This document shows positions 46,752-56,515 of a stretch of 64,000 bases of DNA, piece by piece. Within the stretch, counting starts at the first letter, position 1; each line of letters opens with the position of its first letter. Under the pieces are notes generated by a model. That model saw nothing but the letters and a program-made list of their open reading frames with translations. It was not told the origin of the DNA and did no database searches. Both the position numbers and the translations under genes were made by a program. This DNA is from Candidatus Woesearchaeota archaeon. GTDB taxonomy: Archaea > Nanobdellota > Nanobdellia > Woesearchaeales > GW2011-AR9. The stretch covers positions 1 through 64,000 of the forward strand of contig JABHQW010000003.1 in assembly GCA_018696595.1 (NCBI GenBank), in the 5' to 3' direction.

Positions 46752-47738
46752 ATGAAAGCGTATCAACTAATAAAATATGGGCCTTCCAAGGAAGCATTTA
46801 AAACAATTGATGTAAAGACTCCAGAGATCAATGATGATGAACTTCTTGTTAAAGTTAAAGCAGCAGGAATTAATCCTGTTGATATTAAGATGAGATTAGG
46901 AATGATTCCTTCACTTGATCTACCAACTATTTTGGGTTATGATTTCTCAGGTGTTGTGGAGAAAGTTGGCAAGAATGTTACTCGGTTTAAGATTGGTGAT
47001 GAGGTATATTCAGCTGGTGCTAATCCTCATGATAAAGGAGGATCTTATGCAGAATACACTGCAGTAAATGAAAGATTAGCTGCAATAAAACCAAAGAATA
47101 TTACTTTTGTAGAAGCTGCTTCAATTCCTCTCGTGGGAATTACTGCTTATGAAGCTATATTCGAAAAACTAAATCTTCAAGAAAAAGAAGATATACTCAT
47201 TCATGGCGGTACTGGTGGTGTTGGATCAATTGCAATTCAATTAGCAAAACTTAAAGGGGCAGAAGTTTACTCAACCATCAGTTCACTTAGGAAAAAGAAG
47301 ATTGTTGAATCTTTGGGGGCCATTAGTATTGACTACACCGAAGAATGTTTTGTAAGGTATGCAAAGAATCTTCCAGGGAGTGGTTTTACAAAAATATTTG
47401 ATACTGTTGGTGGTAAAGTTTTCCAAGAAAGTTTGGGAGCACTTAAGCCCTATGGTCAAATAGCTTCAATTTTAAATGTTTTTGATGAAAGTTTAGATTT
47501 AAGTAGTGCAATGATTAATAATGCTTCTATACATTTTACAATGATGCTTTTACCTCTTAGATTGGGATTATATGATCAAATGAAAAAACAAGGGGTCATA
47601 CTTGAGAATTTATGTCATTTAATTGAATCTGGAAAAATAGTTCCAAGAGTAGAAAAAGTATTTTCAGATATGATTAAAGCTCATAATCATGCAGAAAAAG
47701 GTGGATTAGAAGGAAAACTAGTTGTTGAGTTTAATTAA
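46752..47738 (+). CDS. NADPH:quinone reductase / MDR-family oxidoreductase
   Basis: GINPVD, LGYDFSG, ILIHGGTGGVG, GKLVV motifs. Confidence 0.88.
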   Translation: MKAYQLIKYGPSKEAFKTIDVKTPEINDDELLVKVKAAGINPVDIKMRLGMIPSLDLPTILGYDFSGVVEKVGKNVTRFKIGDEVYSAGANPHDKGGSYAEYTAVNERLAAIKPKNITFVEAASIPLVGITAYEAIFEKLNLQEKEDILIHGGTGGVGSIAIQLAKLKGAEVYSTISSLRKKKIVESLGAISIDYTEECFVRYAKNLPGSGFTKIFDTVGGKVFQESLGALKPYGQIASILNVFDESLDLSSAMINNASIHFTMMLLPLRLGLYDQMKKQGVILENLCHLIESGKIVPRVEKVFSDMIKAHNHAEKGGLEGKLVVEFN

Positions 47739-47776
47739 TATTTAACACCATTTTATATACTTATCAAACTAAAACC

Positions 47777-48334
47777 ATGAAAATGACATACATATCTTTT
47801 AAAGAGAGAGAAACTAAAAATAATTATGCTGCCGATGAAGTTATTTCTGCATTACAAAAAGAAATTCGTCGTGGTAATCTAGAATCTGCATGTTTCTTTG
47901 GATTAGAATTGTTGGAATCTGGTTTGGAATTTGAAACCAAGTTTTGGGAAAGAATACTAGTGATTTCTGTTGAAGATATTGACGACGATAATAAAATACC
48001 ACTCATTAGATCATTAAAAGAAAATTACTTTGATTTAGTAAACTCAAAAAATTGGGACAAACATATGCAAGCAATTCAAGCTATAAAGATTCTGTGTGAA
48101 GCTAAGAAGGGCAGGATTATTAGTGAATTATATGATGTACTACAATTAAGGAAAAAAGATGGCTGGAAAGTTAAGGTACCAGATTATGCACTTGACAAAC
48201 ATACTAAGAAAGGAAAAGAAATGGGTAGAAGTTATAACCATTTCTTTGTTGAAGCTGCAAAAATAATTAATGTAAATAAAGTTGAAGATTTTAGATATCT
48301 AAATGAACTAAAAAAATATTATAAAATTAATTAA
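47777..48334 (+). CDS. Stand-alone MgsA/RarA C-terminal-like helical protein
   Basis: ISALQKEIRRG, VISVEDI, PDYALDKHT..G motifs; no Walker A. Confidence 0.55.
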   Translation: MKMTYISFKERETKNNYAADEVISALQKEIRRGNLESACFFGLELLESGLEFETKFWERILVISVEDIDDDNKIPLIRSLKENYFDLVNSKNWDKHMQAIQAIKILCEAKKGRIISELYDVLQLRKKDGWKVKVPDYALDKHTKKGKEMGRSYNHFFVEAAKIINVNKVEDFRYLNELKKYYKIN

Positions 48335-49434
48335 AATTTTTTCTTAAATTCTCTTAAAACTAATTCCGATAACAAAACATTTGAATCAACACTATCTTTA
48401 ATTTCATCTTCTTTCATTAAACTAACTCTAGGTGCCCCTTCAGGTGCACGAATTAAAATAATATCACTTTCAGGAAATCTTTTACTAGCAAGTCTTGCAG
48501 TAGCTAATGATTTGCCATCATCATAGTATTTTTTAGGTAGATAAATTGTTTTACTTTTTGAAAATGATGTTAATGATAGACTGGGAGCATCCAAATTAGT
48601 TGGGCTTCCAGATAAATCAAAACTATTTTCGCCAACTAATATTATATTTGGTGATCTTGTTGAAATAAATGTTGGTTCAATTATATCAATCTCAATATCA
48701 TCTTGACCAACACGCGGCATTTTATTTAATAAATAGTTCTGCCAAAAAGATTTCACGCATTCACGAACATTAGTTGTACCTTTTAGCTTTCTTATTTCTG
48801 CTGTTTTTTCTTCACCTAAATCCCATTCTCTAGAATCATATGTTGAGCAATTAGATTCACTCCAATCTTTAATAAAAGTAGCAAAAGTCACATAATCACT
48901 TAATCGGGGAACTCTCGTAATATCCCATCCTTCTAATACTCTTGTACACTCAGTTAAAGTTCTTGGCGTGCTAAAATATTTGACGCCTTCTGCATCTAAC
49001 TTTTCGAACAATTTCTTTTCATGATAAACTTCAATTAATGAAACTCTTCCAAAAGTGTCAACAATTTCTTTATTTTCTTCAAATGCAGTTCCATCTAAAA
49101 CGCTGGCTTTTAATTGCATGAAAGAATAATACATTGGAATACTTAATGCACCTGCGCCTTTATTCAGATACCAGACATCAGGCATTCTTAATCCAATATC
49201 CTCATCATCTTCTGGACAAAGTTCATCTTGGTGTACTTGATAGCCTTCTTCAGATAATAGGTCTGCAAGAATATCTGTGTTTAATCCACCATAAGTTAAT
49301 ATTGGTAATTTAGAAGTTGTTTCTAAATCGAGATTATTATGTGAATTATTTAAATCACAAACATAAATTCTTGATTCGATCTTTCTAATATTTAATGGGT
49401 TTCTTATTTTTTGTTTTAAGTTTGTTTCGTACAT
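48331..49434 (-). CDS. Hypothetical protein
   Basis: 367-aa ORF; no recognised motif. Confidence 0.65.
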   Translation of the reverse strand: MYETNLKQKIRNPLNIRKIESRIYVCDLNNSHNNLDLETTSKLPILTYGGLNTDILADLLSEEGYQVHQDELCPEDDEDIGLRMPDVWYLNKGAGALSIPMYYSFMQLKASVLDGTAFEENKEIVDTFGRVSLIEVYHEKKLFEKLDAEGVKYFSTPRTLTECTRVLEGWDITRVPRLSDYVTFATFIKDWSESNCSTYDSREWDLGEEKTAEIRKLKGTTNVRECVKSFWQNYLLNKMPRVGQDDIEIDIIEPTFISTRSPNIILVGENSFDLSGSPTNLDAPSLSLTSFSKSKTIYLPKKYYDDGKSLATARLASKRFPESDIILIRAPEGAPRVSLMKEDEIKDSVDSNVLLSELVLREFKKKF

Positions 49435-49593
49435 AAGTAACTATAAATGATTCTTTTAAATTACTCTTTCCCCAAAAATCCCGTAACAATTCCGCACGTT
49501 TTCCGACGACATATAAAGAAAACAATGTTTCTCGGAAACTTTCCGGAACTTTAATAACAACGCTTTTTAAAAAGAAAATTAACATTTTCTAAA

Positions 49594-50028
49594 ATGAAAG
49601 AAAAAGAGCGGTTAATAATTTCACACTTAAGAAAAGATGCACGTTCTAGTTTAGCTTCAATTTCTTTTGATATTAAAATGCCCATTTCTACAATCTATGA
49701 TAAGATTAACCGTTTTCAAAAAGACAAGACTATCAGAAAACAGGTTGCACTAATAGATTTCAGAAAGTTAGGTTATCATCATCATACAAAATTAGCTTTA
49801 CAAGTTCCTCGTTTACAGAAACAATCCTTACAAGAATTCTTAACTAACCATTCAGCAATTAATTCTATTCATGAAATTAATAGTGATTATGATTTTATGG
49901 TTGAAACAGTGCATAAAGACATTAAAGAATATTTAGATTTTATTGAAACTTTAAATGAATCTTTTGACATTACGAATAAACAAGAATTTCAAATCATTAA
50001 TGATCTTGCAAGAGAAAAGTTTGTTTAA
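49594..50028 (+). CDS. Lrp/AsnC family regulator
   Basis: LRKDARSSLASIS...PISTIYD HTH; IDFRKLGY; paralogue of 44938-45375. Confidence 0.8.
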   Translation: MKEKERLIISHLRKDARSSLASISFDIKMPISTIYDKINRFQKDKTIRKQVALIDFRKLGYHHHTKLALQVPRLQKQSLQEFLTNHSAINSIHEINSDYDFMVETVHKDIKEYLDFIETLNESFDITNKQEFQIINDLAREKFV

Positions 50029-51032
50029 ATTAATAATCCTTCGTTCGGTTCTGGGAATGAACCCTTTTCCAAAAATTCATTGATTAATTGTTTGGCAGAC
50101 TTACCATGATAATCTTTTGCAAACTTTTTCTTTGTTTGGGCAATGTGTCTCTGAAGTTCTTCGGGAAGAGTTCGTTCTCTGAAAAGGTTTTCCATTACTT
50201 CTTCTGGCTGATCTGTTTCGTAAAGTTTTCCAAATAACTTTGGTACCACTAATTCCTCTAGGATCTCAGAGTAAGTTCCAAGGGTTGTAACTTGAATTCC
50301 AGTATTCAATGATCCTCTTTCCAAGTTTTCTGGGTCATAAAGCACAACGTAAGCTTTTTTAGGAACTACCTTATCATTTTCTCTTAGTTCTTTAGTTTCT
50401 ACCTCAACTTCTAAAGTGATACTAGCACCAGGACCAAACAATCCCCGGTCATTTTGTTCATAAATATCAGGAGTAAATGGAATAATTATTTTTGGTAACT
50501 TTCTTCGTTCTTCAAATAAAGGCGGTCTGTTTTCATTTCCTTCGTTAGTAAGCGTATTACTTTCATCAAGTTCAATTTCCATATATGGTAATACTTCGTA
50601 AGGATAAGCACTTTCATTTATTTTAACTTCATAACTTTTTACTGTTCCTTCTAAATTAACAATAATTTTCTTCTTTGCTGGATCATAACAACTAAAGTTA
50701 CCCCAATTATCAATTTCAATTCTACGTTCTGGTGATGTGAGTTTACTTGTTAATGAATTAATAATTTCTTCTTGAGCTTCTCTTTCATCTCCAGCCAATT
50801 CACTTTCTTTATCTGCATTCCAACCAGTTAATCTATATTCAGCAAGAATTGTACCACTTTGAGAAATACTATAAACAGTTGAACAATCTTCAATCCCAGT
50901 ACTCGTTCTTCTACCCTTAATCACATTTGCTCTAGCTGAATATTCTTCACCAACTTGAGTATTATCAACTACAAAATCAATAAAATCCGTATAATTTGTA
51001 AATATTTGTGGTTCGCTCATAATGTTATCCAT
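50025..51032 (-). CDS. Hypothetical protein
   Basis: 335-aa ORF; no motif. Confidence 0.6.
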   Translation of the reverse strand: MDNIMSEPQIFTNYTDFIDFVVDNTQVGEEYSARANVIKGRRTSTGIEDCSTVYSISQSGTILAEYRLTGWNADKESELAGDEREAQEEIINSLTSKLTSPERRIEIDNWGNFSCYDPAKKKIIVNLEGTVKSYEVKINESAYPYEVLPYMEIELDESNTLTNEGNENRPPLFEERRKLPKIIIPFTPDIYEQNDRGLFGPGASITLEVEVETKELRENDKVVPKKAYVVLYDPENLERGSLNTGIQVTTLGTYSEILEELVVPKLFGKLYETDQPEEVMENLFRERTLPEELQRHIAQTKKKFAKDYHGKSAKQLINEFLEKGSFPEPNEGLLI

Positions 51033-51141
51033 TTTTAATTATTTGCTTATAAATCTTTCTATTTATTTACTACTCTTGTGTGATTATTCTCTTGACAACA
51101 AATAATTTTATAAATCCAAGGGGTCTGCTAAAAATTGTAAA

Positions 51142-51684
51142 ATGGGGGATGTAATAGATGTTTGCAAAAGAAGACAATTTCCTGCCGTGATTGTAAATGG
51201 TAGGGAGGGTTCACAAAGAGATTACGTACTACGAGAATTAATCGGAATTTTAACTGTGTTTTATAGTGGTTGTGGATTTACTTTTTCAAGCACTTCAAGG
51301 GAAGGAGAATCTAGGTGGAAACGACCTAAACTCTATTTTAATGTGTTTGATCCTAAAGGCAACAAGTCAACTAGAGTTGCTATTGAAGAACGTAGAGATG
51401 GAGTCAGAACATTAAAGGAAGATTCTGGTAGGGATTATGCAGCTTCTCCATTAACAAGATACTCTCCTTGTTTTGCTATTTATTTTGATTCTCAACGTGA
51501 TGAAAGATTTTTTAGAAATAAAATGAAGCGTAGTGGTGAACAAGGTGGTCTTGAGGGCAAGATTGTTAATTTAGAAGAATTCTTAATCCGGGAAAGAGAG
51601 AAGTATAGTTATGTGCAAAGAGACCTGTTTCACAATCACTTAAAACCTCAACTTGAATCTAAGAGAAGGGCAGAAAATTATTAA
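51142..51684 (+). CDS. Hypothetical protein
   Basis: 180-aa ORF with upstream TTTATAAA box. Confidence 0.55.
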   Translation: MGDVIDVCKRRQFPAVIVNGREGSQRDYVLRELIGILTVFYSGCGFTFSSTSREGESRWKRPKLYFNVFDPKGNKSTRVAIEERRDGVRTLKEDSGRDYAASPLTRYSPCFAIYFDSQRDERFFRNKMKRSGEQGGLEGKIVNLEEFLIREREKYSYVQRDLFHNHLKPQLESKRRAENY

Positions 51685-52910
51685 ACTAACTTCCCATTAA
51701 AGATATTATGTTTATCTCTACTAATCTTAACTCTAACTTTTTTTCCTTTCTTAAAATCACAGTTCGGGATAGAAATTACTCTGTTCTTTGCTACAGCGAT
51801 ACAAGAATTTGCAAATCTATCTGGAGACTTAATAATCGCTTTCACTGTATCATCAATTTGGAAGGGTTTATCTAACTCTTTAGTTTTTTGAATTCCAAAG
51901 TCTGTTGCTGATAACTTTTGTTTAGTTGCAGTCTTCTCACTTAACTCGTTAATCATTTGATAAAACTCTTGCCAAGACTTTGCCCTAGTTGGATTTCTTC
52001 CAGTTTTATAATTAAGAAAATTTTGTATTCCAATAATGGGGTGTTTTGCTTTCTTTTCAATACCTAACTCTTTAACAAAGTTAACAATCTTAACTAATTC
52101 TTGGTCATTATATCCGGGAAGATAAACTGGAGCGATTAAAACTTTAACCTCTTTTTCTACGGCATATTTAATCATTTTCATAACATAGTTAACATTATAT
52201 TTGCAACCTGCCATTTTTTCTGCCAGTTCTGGATCAATGGCATCTAAAGAAACATTAAATCTTAACTTGTCTTTGAATTTAGATAACTCATCTATTTGCG
52301 ACTTAGTAACAATAGTAAAATTTGAGTCCATAGAAATAATTGTTATTTGTTTGTTATTGTACAAATCTTCAACTAACGGTATTAAGTCTGCATACAAGAA
52401 AGGTTCTCCTTGTACCCCAATATGAATCTCGACTGGTTCTTCTACAAATTTAAGTAACTGTTGTAATTCTTCTACTAAGTAATCTTTTTCGACAACAAAG
52501 TCAGTTTTCTTTGACTTTTTCCCTTCACCAACAGAACAGTAAATACAATCTAAATTGCAAGAAGTTACTGGCTTGATTTCGATAAGTGAAGTGTTCCTGT
52601 AAACAATCCCAAAAGAAACATGACCAATTAAAGGAACTCCTGAATTTTGATGAATGTAAACTGCTTTGTTTCCATTAATTGAGTTTTTTAATTGATCCAG
52701 ATGTTTAGCTAAAAGATTAGAAAAATTTCGTTCTGCTTTATCTTGATAAGTTTCTGTAAACTCTAAAGTGTGTTCATCAACTAATTTAAACGGCCCAACT
52801 TGATTTAGTTCTTCTACCAGAATTTTTGTGTAGAAGATATTAAGAAGATTAACCTGTAATTGATCTTTCTTAAGTACGAATGATAATGTTTTGAAGTTCA
52901 GTTGTGCCAT
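51681..52910 (-). CDS. Radical SAM protein with C-terminal TRAM-like domain
   Basis: CNLDCIYC (CxxxCxxC), GEP, SLDA; C-terminal beta domain ending DKHNIF. Confidence 0.85.
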   Translation of the reverse strand: MAQLNFKTLSFVLKKDQLQVNLLNIFYTKILVEELNQVGPFKLVDEHTLEFTETYQDKAERNFSNLLAKHLDQLKNSINGNKAVYIHQNSGVPLIGHVSFGIVYRNTSLIEIKPVTSCNLDCIYCSVGEGKKSKKTDFVVEKDYLVEELQQLLKFVEEPVEIHIGVQGEPFLYADLIPLVEDLYNNKQITIISMDSNFTIVTKSQIDELSKFKDKLRFNVSLDAIDPELAEKMAGCKYNVNYVMKMIKYAVEKEVKVLIAPVYLPGYNDQELVKIVNFVKELGIEKKAKHPIIGIQNFLNYKTGRNPTRAKSWQEFYQMINELSEKTATKQKLSATDFGIQKTKELDKPFQIDDTVKAIIKSPDRFANSCIAVAKNRVISIPNCDFKKGKKVRVKISRDKHNIFNGKLV

Positions 52911-53039
52911 ATTTGCTCTATTTCTGCCTTATTTTATAAACTTATTGTTATCTGTCATTGAGAGATGGTAACTTAATCTGTGGTCTTAAGAAAAGATAAA
53001 CTTTTTAATAAGGTGCTCTTATAGAATTTTAGGGGGTTT

Positions 53040-53807
53040 ATGGAAGATATAAAGATTACTTTAGAAACTTTGTACGATATTCTTCGTAATGAGAAGAAGA
53101 AAGAGGAATTGCAGACGCTAGAAGAAACTTTCTTCGCTGATGTTGTCTCTTATTTAAAAGAGAAAAAAATGTTCTTAGACTTAAAGAAAGACGACGACGA
53201 TCCTTTTGCTTCTGGTGAGAAAGATAAGTTAGAGTATGAAATCAGAAGTATTAAACGAATTCTTAAAGAGATTTATGAGAAAAGAGAGAAGAAAATTCTT
53301 GACATTGCTTTGAACAAAAGCAGAACTGGCTCAGAGATTATTGATGCTGGTTCAATGTTAAAAGAAGAGAAAGATTTTTACAAGAAAGTATTAGACATTC
53401 TAGACTTACATCGTAAAGGAATTATTTTAAACTTATTTCAAGGAAAGCTTCCTCAGTTATTTGATTCTGAAGTTAAAGAAAGTCCCGCTGACCAGAAACT
53501 AACAGATGTAAAGGTTGAAGTGGAAAAAACTTCTGGACCAACGGTTGAAACTTCTAAAGTAACTTCATCTAATGCAACTGAAGAAACAACGGGATCTGAA
53601 GATGCTACAGAAACAACTGAGAACCCAGAAGAAACTACTTCTAAAATTGAAATTGAATTGATGAAAATAAAGATGGTTAAACCAATGCCTAGTTTTGTTT
53701 GGAAAGACATGAAAGTTTATGGTCCCTATGAGATTGGCGATGAAGTAGAGATTTTTCCAGAGGTTGCTGAGTTAATGGTCAGGAAAGGAAGAGCTGAAAA
53801 GGTTTAG
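53040..53807 (+). CDS. gins: DNA replication GINS subunit (Gins51-type)
   Basis: EKKKEELQTL..FF, REKKIL A domain; GPYEIGDEVEIFPEVAELMVRKG B domain; T/E-rich linker. Confidence 0.8.
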   Translation: MEDIKITLETLYDILRNEKKKEELQTLEETFFADVVSYLKEKKMFLDLKKDDDDPFASGEKDKLEYEIRSIKRILKEIYEKREKKILDIALNKSRTGSEIIDAGSMLKEEKDFYKKVLDILDLHRKGIILNLFQGKLPQLFDSEVKESPADQKLTDVKVEVEKTSGPTVETSKVTSSNATEETTGSEDATETTENPEETTSKIEIELMKIKMVKPMPSFVWKDMKVYGPYEIGDEVEIFPEVAELMVRKGRAEKV

Positions 53808-53808
53808 A

Positions 53809-54387
53809 ATGACTCTTGAAGATTCTGTAAGACGCCATGGGGGGATGGTTGTAAGAATTGCAAGAATCTTTATGGGATATTCTACTAACTCTTTAGCTTC
53901 TGATCTTGGCATATCGCACTCACAATTAAGCTGTATTGAAACTGGAAAACGGAGCATCTCAACTTTACAACGTCTTTATCGTTCTGCAAAAGCTCTTGGA
54001 TTATCGCCCGATGATTTTGGCACTTTTGCTTTAGAATTAGATGCTAATGATCAGGGGTCAGATTTAGCAGATTTTTATCAACAATTAAACAATCAACGTC
54101 TTCCTGAAGATGCATTTGATTATGCTCGTGGTGACAGCATAAGAATTGTTAGATCTCTTTTAGGAATTACACAAAAGTCTATTTGTGAAAGAACTTCTCT
54201 TTCTGACATTGAGAATATGTATCGAGTAGCTAGTGATAATATGCTTACAATGATTTGTTCAAGTTTAGATGTAGAATTGGATTACTTAAATGCCATTTCT
54301 GTAAAAAGTGACTCTCTTAATTCTGAAGATAATGAAAAACAAAGAGAAACTTTTTTAAGATTACATCAACGTTGGAAAAGGTATTGA
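53809..54387 (+). CDS. Double XRE-type HTH protein
   Basis: LASDLGISHSQLSCIETG HTH and a second RSLLGITQKSI HTH. Confidence 0.7.
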   Translation: MTLEDSVRRHGGMVVRIARIFMGYSTNSLASDLGISHSQLSCIETGKRSISTLQRLYRSAKALGLSPDDFGTFALELDANDQGSDLADFYQQLNNQRLPEDAFDYARGDSIRIVRSLLGITQKSICERTSLSDIENMYRVASDNMLTMICSSLDVELDYLNAISVKSDSLNSEDNEKQRETFLRLHQRWKRY

Positions 54388-54422
54388 TTAAATGTTTAGT
54401 TTTCCGTAAAGTTTTTGCCTAA

Positions 54423-54716
54423 CTAGACTTTTACTTCAGCAAGAATTTCTTTTAGTTGTTCATCATATCTTTTAAATAGTCTTGGATGACATTCTTTTAA
54501 GTCAGATTTAACTAATTGGTATACATGAACAACTGCTTCTAAACTTAATTGGTGTGCTTCTGGATCTTGTTGATAAGATGGAAATATCTCCAATGCTAAT
54601 TTAACTGCTTCATCTACATTCATTAATTGATCATATTGTAATTGAGTAATTGCTTTTTGGTTATCTTTCATCAAGGAACCAATGTCTTGAGGAACAATTC
54701 TACTAGTTTGTGTCAT
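54423..54716 (-). CDS. Hypothetical protein
   Basis: 97 aa, directly follows the HD gene. Confidence 0.6.
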   Translation of the reverse strand: MTQTSRIVPQDIGSLMKDNQKAITQLQYDQLMNVDEAVKLALEIFPSYQQDPEAHQLSLEAVVHVYQLVKSDLKECHPRLFKRYDEQLKEILAEVKV

Positions 54717-54717
54717 T

Positions 54718-55905
54718 TTATCTTTTCTTCATACAAATCTGTCCACGACTACACAATTCAGAACAACCAAATCCAGAAATAACATATCTTCTTTTGTAAA
54801 GTAAACGAGAAACAACTTCTTTTAACGCATGAGCATCTTTATATTCAATCACGGCATGCAATTGTTTATCTGTGAAGTTAAAATCTGCAAAAAACTTTTT
54901 ACAATATTTCATCTCGTCACCCTTCATCTTGTCAAACTTTTTCCATTCTTGATGTAAACGAGCATCATATTTCTTAACAATTCCTTGATACAGGCGCATG
55001 GGGTGAGTCTCTTTCTTTTCAACTTGAGTAACTCCCCACAATCCATGTTTTTCGTGAACAAATTTTCTAAACGCTAATTGTAACATTGATTCAACATTAA
55101 AGATATCTTTAGCTAAACTGGCATGACAAACATTTAAGAAAGCATCATAGGTTGCTTTACAACATTTTCTGAACAGTTTTTCTGTTGGGTGGATTGCTTT
55201 ATCAAAATCAACATCTTCACCATATTTGTCAATTAGAAATCTTTTAGTATTGTTAAGAATGAATAAGTTTTTGAAAGCTTGATAAATTTTTCCCAGTTCA
55301 TTAAATGGTGCTAAACTTTGAATATTGTGGATTCTGTCAGCAAGTTTCACTTGGATTGCTTTTTCTTTAATTTTTTCATCTTTATGGTTATAGATTGCTG
55401 AGATTGAACGATAATAAAAGTGTCTTTTATGTCTTGTCAATAATCTTAGAACTTCAATGATTTCTTTAACCATCTTAGTGTCTAGTTTATTTTCTTTACA
55501 ATATTCAGTTAATTCTGTTTCTAGGTCAAAAAATACTTTTGTTTCAAATTTATCTAATAATGTTAATCCTTTTTCGTCTTTAGCAATTTTATTTTCTTTT
55601 TGATAACAATCAACTTTTTCTTCAATATAATCATGTAATAATGCCGATGATAAAGTTACGGGATCATCAATGTCTGCTTTCTTTAAATCCCAAGCAAGGT
55701 TTAATGGGTGAACAAACGGATTTGTACCATCTTTTCTGATTGGGAACTCTTTGTATGCTTTTTTTGTTTTTTCATAAAGGTAAGAAAAGAATTTGCCGAA
55801 TTTGTTTTTTGGGTTTGTTAAATCTTTAACTAAGAGGATTTCATTAGCTGGCTGCCAATGTTTAACCATTTTAAATTTTTTATATTCTTTTGATAATCTA
55901 TGCAT
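54718..55905 (-). CDS. SpoT/Mesh1-like HD hydrolase with C-terminal extension
   Basis: RKDGTNPFVHP, ALLHDYIEE, VKLADRIHN. Confidence 0.75.
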   Translation of the reverse strand: MHRLSKEYKKFKMVKHWQPANEILLVKDLTNPKNKFGKFFSYLYEKTKKAYKEFPIRKDGTNPFVHPLNLAWDLKKADIDDPVTLSSALLHDYIEEKVDCYQKENKIAKDEKGLTLLDKFETKVFFDLETELTEYCKENKLDTKMVKEIIEVLRLLTRHKRHFYYRSISAIYNHKDEKIKEKAIQVKLADRIHNIQSLAPFNELGKIYQAFKNLFILNNTKRFLIDKYGEDVDFDKAIHPTEKLFRKCCKATYDAFLNVCHASLAKDIFNVESMLQLAFRKFVHEKHGLWGVTQVEKKETHPMRLYQGIVKKYDARLHQEWKKFDKMKGDEMKYCKKFFADFNFTDKQLHAVIEYKDAHALKEVVSRLLYKRRYVISGFGCSELCSRGQICMKKR

Positions 55906-56029
55906 GGGCTTATTGGAATTTTTTCTAAGATTTTAAAGCTTTCGTTAATAAAGGGCTTGAGTTTAGTCAAGAGCATTCTTTAGTGTAAAGTCAATACTTT
56001 TATATATTAATTTATTTCTGATAAATAAC

Positions 56030-56449
56030 ATGAAAGTCTCAAACCCAGTAGATCTAATTATAATTAATAAAGAAAACCAAATACTTCTATGTAAAAGAAC
56101 TGAGGAAGAACACGGATATAAAGACACTTGGTCAATTCCGGGTGGGGGTCCCGAATTTGATGAGGGGATTGAAGAAGCCCTTCATAGAGAAATTAAAGAG
56201 GAATTAGATTGTAAAATTAAGTGGTATAAATATTTTAAATCCTATTTCATGAAATTATCTGAGGAACATATATCTAGGGCAATATATTTTTATGGGGAAA
56301 TTGAGGGCGACATTAAACTGAATCATGAATTGTCTGACTTTAAGTGGTTTGACATAAATGATCCCCATATTTTTAACCTTAGTTTTGCATTTAATCAAAA
56401 AGATGTTCTAAAAGATTTTATAACATTCTGGAAAAAAGCTGTAAAATAA
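56030..56449 (+). CDS. NUDIX hydrolase
   Basis: IPGGGPEFDEGIEEALHREIKEE Nudix box. Confidence 0.9.
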   Translation: MKVSNPVDLIIINKENQILLCKRTEEEHGYKDTWSIPGGGPEFDEGIEEALHREIKEELDCKIKWYKYFKSYFMKLSEEHISRAIYFYGEIEGDIKLNHELSDFKWFDINDPHIFNLSFAFNQKDVLKDFITFWKKAVK

Positions 56450-56515
56450 CTAATAATCTTATTTTTATCACTTTCTGGGCATAACCTTATAAAGGGGAAG
56501 CGTTTTTCAGCAGTT

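Noticed and set aside
34337-50028. Prophage or integrative element
   Set aside because: No integrase, transposase, capsid/terminase or flanking att repeats seen; treated only as an accessory block
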